This document shows positions 59,226-64,000 of a stretch of 64,000 nt of DNA, one piece after another. The stretch lies in NCBI GenBank assembly GCA_036677365.1, contig JAVBWN010000030.1, forward strand, positions 1 through 64,000. The letters run 5' to 3'. The stretch comes from Acholeplasma sp. (GTDB lineage Bacteria > Bacillota_I > Bacilli_A > Acholeplasmatales > UBA5453). The notes beneath the pieces were generated by a model. It was not told where the DNA came from. It worked only from the letters and a program-made list of their open reading frames with translations, and ran no database searches. Position 1 is the first letter of the stretch; each line of letters opens with the position of its first letter. Position numbers and translations under genes: made by a program.

Positions 59226-60052
59226 GCTATTTTTATCGTGGCGTTAAAAATGAGACTTACGAAGCCATCAATCAAATCAGTTTAGCCATTCAAGATGGTG
59301 AATTTGTCGCGATTTGTGGACAAACAGGTAGTGGTAAAACCACCCTTGTACAACACATGAATGCGTTACTAAAACCCACCCGCGGGACCGTTCAAATTTA
59401 TGAACATACCATCCCGATTCAAGACAAAAAAACAAAAATAGGTCCAATCCGTAAAAAAGTTGGGCTTGTTTTCCAATTCCCTGAATACCAGTTGTTTGAA
59501 GAAACCATCCTTAAGGACATTATGTTTGGACCTATGAACTTTGGTTTATCCTTGAAAGAAGCCGAAGAAAAAGCCAGACACGCGGCACAATTGGTAGGAC
59601 TGGATGAAGCAATCCTTCAAAAATCGCCGTTTAGAATCAGTGGTGGTCAAATGCGTCGGGTAGCGATTGCAGGGATCCTTGCGATGGAACCAGAAATGCT
59701 TGTTTTAGATGAACCCACCCGGGGGTTAGACCCGAAGGGTTCGGATGAAATGATGGCACTTTTTAATGAATTACACATCAAACATGGGAAAACCATCGTC
59801 CTCATCACCCATGACATGGACATTGTTGCCCGTTATGCGAAACGCATCTTAGTGATGGATAAAGGTAAAATCAAATTCGATGGTACGAGAGAGTTATTGT
59901 TTATTTCGGATGAATTCGAAAAACTGCACTTAGCGAAACCACAAGCTTATCGTATGATGGAATACCTGTCGAAAACATTGGGTTACCCATTCAAACAGGT
60001 ATTTACAGAAGAAGAACTCCTTGCATACATGAAGGCGGTGCACCATGAATAA
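59201..60052 (+). CDS. ecfA2: ECF transporter ATPase A2
   Basis: GQTGSGKT, FQFPEYQLFEET, SGGQMRRVAIAG. Confidence 0.93.
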   Translation: MGIQFNQVSYFYRGVKNETYEAINQISLAIQDGEFVAICGQTGSGKTTLVQHMNALLKPTRGTVQIYEHTIPIQDKKTKIGPIRKKVGLVFQFPEYQLFEETILKDIMFGPMNFGLSLKEAEEKARHAAQLVGLDEAILQKSPFRISGGQMRRVAIAGILAMEPEMLVLDEPTRGLDPKGSDEMMALFNELHIKHGKTIVLITHDMDIVARYAKRILVMDKGKIKFDGTRELLFISDEFEKLHLAKPQAYRMMEYLSKTLGYPFKQVFTEEELLAYMKAVHHE

Positions 60053-61019
60053 CATCACCATTGGCCAATATGTACATGGCGATTCATGGATATATAAAAT
60101 GGACCCTCGCGTCAAAATCATCAGTTTGATGTTATCGATGGTCATCACATTCATCATCCCTTCATTCACATTGATGTCGGTTTTATTGGGTTTAACGATT
60201 CTCATGGTATTAACCACAGGCATCCCATTTCTTAAAATGATTCGTGGGATGAAAGCATTGTTGTTCTTATTAACATTCACATTCATCATTCAAATATTCA
60301 ATATTCGTACCGGGGATTTATTGTTAGATGTGAACATGACTTTAGGTTTCGCTTCCATTGCTGCGATGGTCCTCATCATCGTTTTATATAATGTCTATAA
60401 ACGTCGATTTAAGTACCGTGCAACGTTATTTTTATTGATGGCATTCTCGTTATTCCTGGTTCAATATCTACTGCCTTATGGTAAAATTTGGTCCTATGAT
60501 TTCATGATTTATTCAGATGGTTTGTATCGTACGGGGTTTTTGTTATTTAGGATTATGGTTGTCATCATCCTATCCTCATTACTGACATTTACTACCATGA
60601 CAACCGATTTAAACAATGGATTAGAAGCTGTCATGAAGCCGTTAGAATGGGTCAAATTTCCAGTGGCAGAATTATCGATGATGTTATCACTCACGTTGAG
60701 ATTCATTCCAACGCTATTAGAAGAAACTCAAAAGATCATGAAGGCACAAGCCTCCCGTGGGGTCGAATTCAGCGAGTCATCGCTTAAGAAAAAGATTTCT
60801 CAAATGATTTCCTTGTTGATTCCCATTTTCATCATCTCTTTTAAACGCGCCGAAGACTTGGCGAATGCCATGGAATCCCGTGGGTATGTGATTGGTGAAA
60901 AACGCACTAAAATCGACGTCATGACGATCCAATACCTCGATATTCTCACCATCATTACCTTAATTGGTTTACTCACGGTGGTCATCTTGATGAATACAGG
61001 CGTGTTGTATGCGATATAA
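60045..61019 (+). CDS. ecfT: ECF transporter transmembrane component T
   Basis: DPRVK, LRFIPTL, AQASRG, AMESRGY. Confidence 0.92.
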   Translation: MNNITIGQYVHGDSWIYKMDPRVKIISLMLSMVITFIIPSFTLMSVLLGLTILMVLTTGIPFLKMIRGMKALLFLLTFTFIIQIFNIRTGDLLLDVNMTLGFASIAAMVLIIVLYNVYKRRFKYRATLFLLMAFSLFLVQYLLPYGKIWSYDFMIYSDGLYRTGFLLFRIMVVIILSSLLTFTTMTTDLNNGLEAVMKPLEWVKFPVAELSMMLSLTLRFIPTLLEETQKIMKAQASRGVEFSESSLKKKISQMISLLIPIFIISFKRAEDLANAMESRGYVIGEKRTKIDVMTIQYLDILTIITLIGLLTVVILMNTGVLYAI

Positions 61020-61731
61020 ATTAACCATTGCCTACGATGGGTCAGGCTACCAGGGATTTCAAAGTCAGAAAAATGGGGTAGGCATCCAAGCGGTTCTTGA
61101 AGAAACATTGAGTAAGATTGCAAAAGAACCGATTGAAATCGTCGCTTCAGGGAGAACCGATAAAGGGGTACATGCTTTGGGTCAGGTTTGTCACTTTGAT
61201 ACCCAAAATCACATGTCAGAAAGCGCGTGGTTGCGTGCGCTCAACACCTATTTGCCAAATGACATTGTCGCTTTAGATATCCATAAAACAACAGACGAAT
61301 TTCATGCGAGATTTAGTGCCACCAAAAAAAGTTATGTATATGTCATTTCAAAAGACTACAATGTCTTTAGAAGATATTATGAAACCTACATCAAATACCC
61401 ACTCGATGTCGATTTGATGAAGAAAGCCACTGAAAAGTTAGCTGGAACCCATGATTTTAAAGGCTTTGGTGTGTATGTGGAACATAAACCCACCATCAAA
61501 ACCCTATTTCAATCCACACTAGAAGAAACCGACACCCATTATATTTTTACTTTCGTCGCCGATGGATTTTTGAAATATATGGTCAGAAGTATGGTCGGCA
61601 CCATCCTTGACATCGGTAGAGGGAAAATCCCAATCACCGTCATCGATGACATATTAGAAAACCAAGATCGATCCAAAGTTGGTAAAACCGCAGCCCCAGA
61701 AGGCTTATATTTGAAACAAGTTTGGTATTAA
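61009..61731 (+). CDS. truA: tRNA pseudouridine(38-40) synthase
   Basis: AYDGS.Y.GFQ, GRTDKGVHA, FHARF, GFL..MVR. Confidence 0.96.
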   Translation: MRYKLTIAYDGSGYQGFQSQKNGVGIQAVLEETLSKIAKEPIEIVASGRTDKGVHALGQVCHFDTQNHMSESAWLRALNTYLPNDIVALDIHKTTDEFHARFSATKKSYVYVISKDYNVFRRYYETYIKYPLDVDLMKKATEKLAGTHDFKGFGVYVEHKPTIKTLFQSTLEETDTHYIFTFVADGFLKYMVRSMVGTILDIGRGKIPITVIDDILENQDRSKVGKTAAPEGLYLKQVWY

Positions 61732-61743
61732 GAGGAGGCAATC

Positions 61744-62358
61744 ATGTTTATTACATTTGAAGGTGGAGAAGGTTCAGGCAAAACGACCCTAATCCAAGCC
61801 TTAGTGAAGTGGCTCAAAGAGCACCAAATCGACTGTGTCGCGACACGCGAACCCGGCGGTTCAGACATCGCTGAAAAAATCAGAGCCATCATTTTAGATC
61901 AACAAAATACCCACATGAGAGCTAGAACCGAAGCCCTTCTTTTCGCAGCTGCACGTGTACAACATTTAGAAGAAACCGTGATTCCAGCGTTAGAAAAAGG
62001 TAAAGTTGTGCTTTGTGACCGCTATATCGATTCATCGCTTGCATACCAAGGTCATGCCAGAGGGTTGAGCTTTGATGCCATCTTAAAAATCAATACGTTC
62101 GCTTTAGAACATATGCCGGATATGACCATCTATATCAATTCAGACCCACAAATCGGATTGGCCAGAATCAAATCCAGAGAAAATAACCGTTTGGATTTGG
62201 AACAACTCGATTTTCATCAAAAAGTACGCGAAGGGTATTTATTGCTTGCTAAAATGTACCCCAATCGTTACTTGGTGATCAATGGCGACCGCACCATGCA
62301 AGAAGTCATTGACGATGTGAAAGCCCATTTGAAGGATGTGCTTTTATGCCGAACATAA
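61744..62358 (+). CDS. tmk: Thymidylate kinase
   Basis: FEGGEGSGKTT, REPGG, DRYIDSSLAYQG. Confidence 0.96.
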   Translation: MFITFEGGEGSGKTTLIQALVKWLKEHQIDCVATREPGGSDIAEKIRAIILDQQNTHMRARTEALLFAAARVQHLEETVIPALEKGKVVLCDRYIDSSLAYQGHARGLSFDAILKINTFALEHMPDMTIYINSDPQIGLARIKSRENNRLDLEQLDFHQKVREGYLLLAKMYPNRYLVINGDRTMQEVIDDVKAHLKDVLLCRT

Positions 62359-63284
62359 AGCAACAAACCATTTTAAATCAATTCAAAAGAGCGATTGCGA
62401 AAGACCGTTTAAGTCATTTATATTTATTTACAGGGCCTAAGGGGTCTGGTAAAAAAGAGTTGGCTTTTGAGATTGCTAATGCTTTATTACTGAATAAACC
62501 CGAAGGGGCGGAACAACTTAAAACCAACGGTCATGTGAACTTGATGTTCATTGAACCGGCTGGGCAAAACATCAAAAAAGAACAAATCGCGGATCTGCAA
62601 AGCGAGTTTTCCAAAACATCGCTAACCAAAGGTGCGCGTGTTTATATCATCGATGAAGTGGACAAGTTATCCACCGCTGCTGCGAATGGATTACTCAAAT
62701 TTCTCGAAGAACCATTATCCAAACAAACCGTTGGATTTTTACTATCGGATAACCCTGAACTTGTCTTACCAACCATTCAATCGCGCAGTCAAATCATTTT
62801 CTTAAAACCAAGAAGTGAACATGAACTCACCAACGAACTCAAAGAGGCAGGCATTGATCCTTACTTGGCTGAGTTTTTACCCTACTTGAATAAAGACCGT
62901 GCGGTTGTTTTAGAGATGGCAAAATCCGATGAAGTGATTGAACTCATCAATTGCATCAAAAATTACCACAAAACATTGTTGAAGAAAGAACCTTTATGGC
63001 TGCTATTTGAAACCAAAATGGCCATCATTCGAACCGATAAAACGATTCTGATACAGTTTTTGGAGCTTTTGATGATCTATTATCTCGATTTGCTTAAGAC
63101 AAAAAACAAAGAAATTATCGCGTTTGAAGTCTTTTCTGAAGAGTATGAAGTGATTGCGAATATGCTCTCGATGGAAGATATTTTAAAGCATTTAAAACAA
63201 ATCCAAACGATTTTGTATAGATTAAACTATAATATAAATATAGAGATGGCACTCACACAACTGGTGCTTGACTTAGAGAGATAG
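62346..63284 (+). CDS. holB: DNA polymerase III delta' subunit
   Basis: SHLYLF.GP.G.GK, AANGLLKFLEEP, LPTIQSR; tmk-holB-yaaT synteny. Confidence 0.9.
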   Translation: MPNIKQQTILNQFKRAIAKDRLSHLYLFTGPKGSGKKELAFEIANALLLNKPEGAEQLKTNGHVNLMFIEPAGQNIKKEQIADLQSEFSKTSLTKGARVYIIDEVDKLSTAAANGLLKFLEEPLSKQTVGFLLSDNPELVLPTIQSRSQIIFLKPRSEHELTNELKEAGIDPYLAEFLPYLNKDRAVVLEMAKSDEVIELINCIKNYHKTLLKKEPLWLLFETKMAIIRTDKTILIQFLELLMIYYLDLLKTKNKEIIAFEVFSEEYEVIANMLSMEDILKHLKQIQTILYRLNYNINIEMALTQLVLDLER

Positions 63285-63295
63285 AAGGTGAATAC

Positions 63296-64000
63296 ATGCT
63301 TGTTGCACAAGTGCAATTTAGACAAGCTGGTAAAAGATACTATTTTAACCCCAATTCATTGACGATTAAAGACCAATCTATGGTCGTAGTTGAAACCGTC
63401 AGAGGCATTGAATTAGGCAAGGTAGTAGGGAAGCTTGTTGAAGTAAAAGAAGAAGAATTACAAACGGAACTCAAACCGATTTTACGGTTAGCCACCGATA
63501 ACGATATCGAAGAAAATGATTATAATAAAGGTCTAGAACAACAAGTGATGAAAGTCACCAAAGAATTGGTTAAACGCAATCAATTGGATATGAAGCTCTT
63601 AGCAGCAGAATACACATTGGACCGCGATCGTTTGGTCGTATACTTCGAATCTGAAAACCGAGTGGACTTTAGACAATTGGTCAAAGACCTATCTGAAAGC
63701 TTCAAAACCCGTATTGAACTCAGACAAGTGGGGTCAAGAGATGGGGCGAAATTCATTGGCGGGATCGGACCTTGTGGATTGATTACCTGCTGTACCACAT
63801 TCATTGGTGAATTTGATAATGTGTCCATCAAGATGGCTAAAAATCAAAATTTATCATTAAACCCTCAAAAAATCAGTGGCAACTGCGGAAAACTCCTCTG
63901 CTGTATCAAGTTTGAAAATAGCGTGTATGAAGAACTCCGCCAAAACATGCCCGATGTGGGCGACAAGATTAAAACCAAAGATGGCGGGGCAACCGTCATT
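63296..64000 (+). CDS. ricT: PSP1-domain protein RicT/YaaT (partial, runs off the window)
   Basis: Hand translation MLVAQVQFRQAGKRYYF..VVETVRGIELG..RVDFRQLVKDL..RIELRQVG.RD..GPCG..CC..KMAKNQ..SGNCGKLLCC. Confidence 0.9.
   Translation, partial: MLVAQVQFRQAGKRYYFNPNSLTIKDQSMVVVETVRGIELGKVVGKLVEVKEEELQTELKPILRLATDNDIEENDYNKGLEQQVMKVTKELVKRNQLDMKLLAAEYTLDRDRLVVYFESENRVDFRQLVKDLSESFKTRIELRQVGSRDGAKFIGGIGPCGLITCCTTFIGEFDNVSIKMAKNQNLSLNPQKISGNCGKLLCCIKFENSVYEELRQNMPDVGDKIKTKDGGATVI

Overview
This is a core-chromosome window from a low-GC, Firmicutes-derived bacterium, most likely Acholeplasmataceae. TGA is used as stop and TGG as Trp, the rRNA-linked tRNA order is Acholeplasma-like, and the r-proteins look mollicute-like; the taxon is an inference. 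Layout: (1) 5S rRNA plus 11 tRNAs (1-1.3 kb). (2) degV/fabT-like pair, ROK glucokinase and a short PTS enzyme I-like gene. (3) The complete S10-spc-alpha ribosomal protein superoperon (5.5-19.8 kb). (4) An M3 oligopeptidase and an mhqR-like regulator. (5) A ~35 kb accessory amino-sugar glycan utilisation locus (22.1-56.9 kb) with nagB, nagA, ROK kinase, a GntR/NagR-type regulator, a surface phosphodiester glycosidase, two GH20-like enzymes, a large Ig/Fn3 lipoprotein, a 9-gene ABC-type import module with no ATPase, three esterases, DUF4127, an FAD oxidoreductase and nanE (no nanA). (6) trxB/trxA, ecfA1A2T, truA, tmk, holB and a partial ricT/yaaT. The main discoveries are in block 5. It holds three paralogues of a highly conserved ~300-aa domain I cannot assign to a characterised family (one surface lipoprotein, two without signal peptides). 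It also holds eight copies of a 16-bp palindromic operator on the locus promoters, one of which points antisense into the ROK gene. Family assignments come from motif recognition, not database searches.
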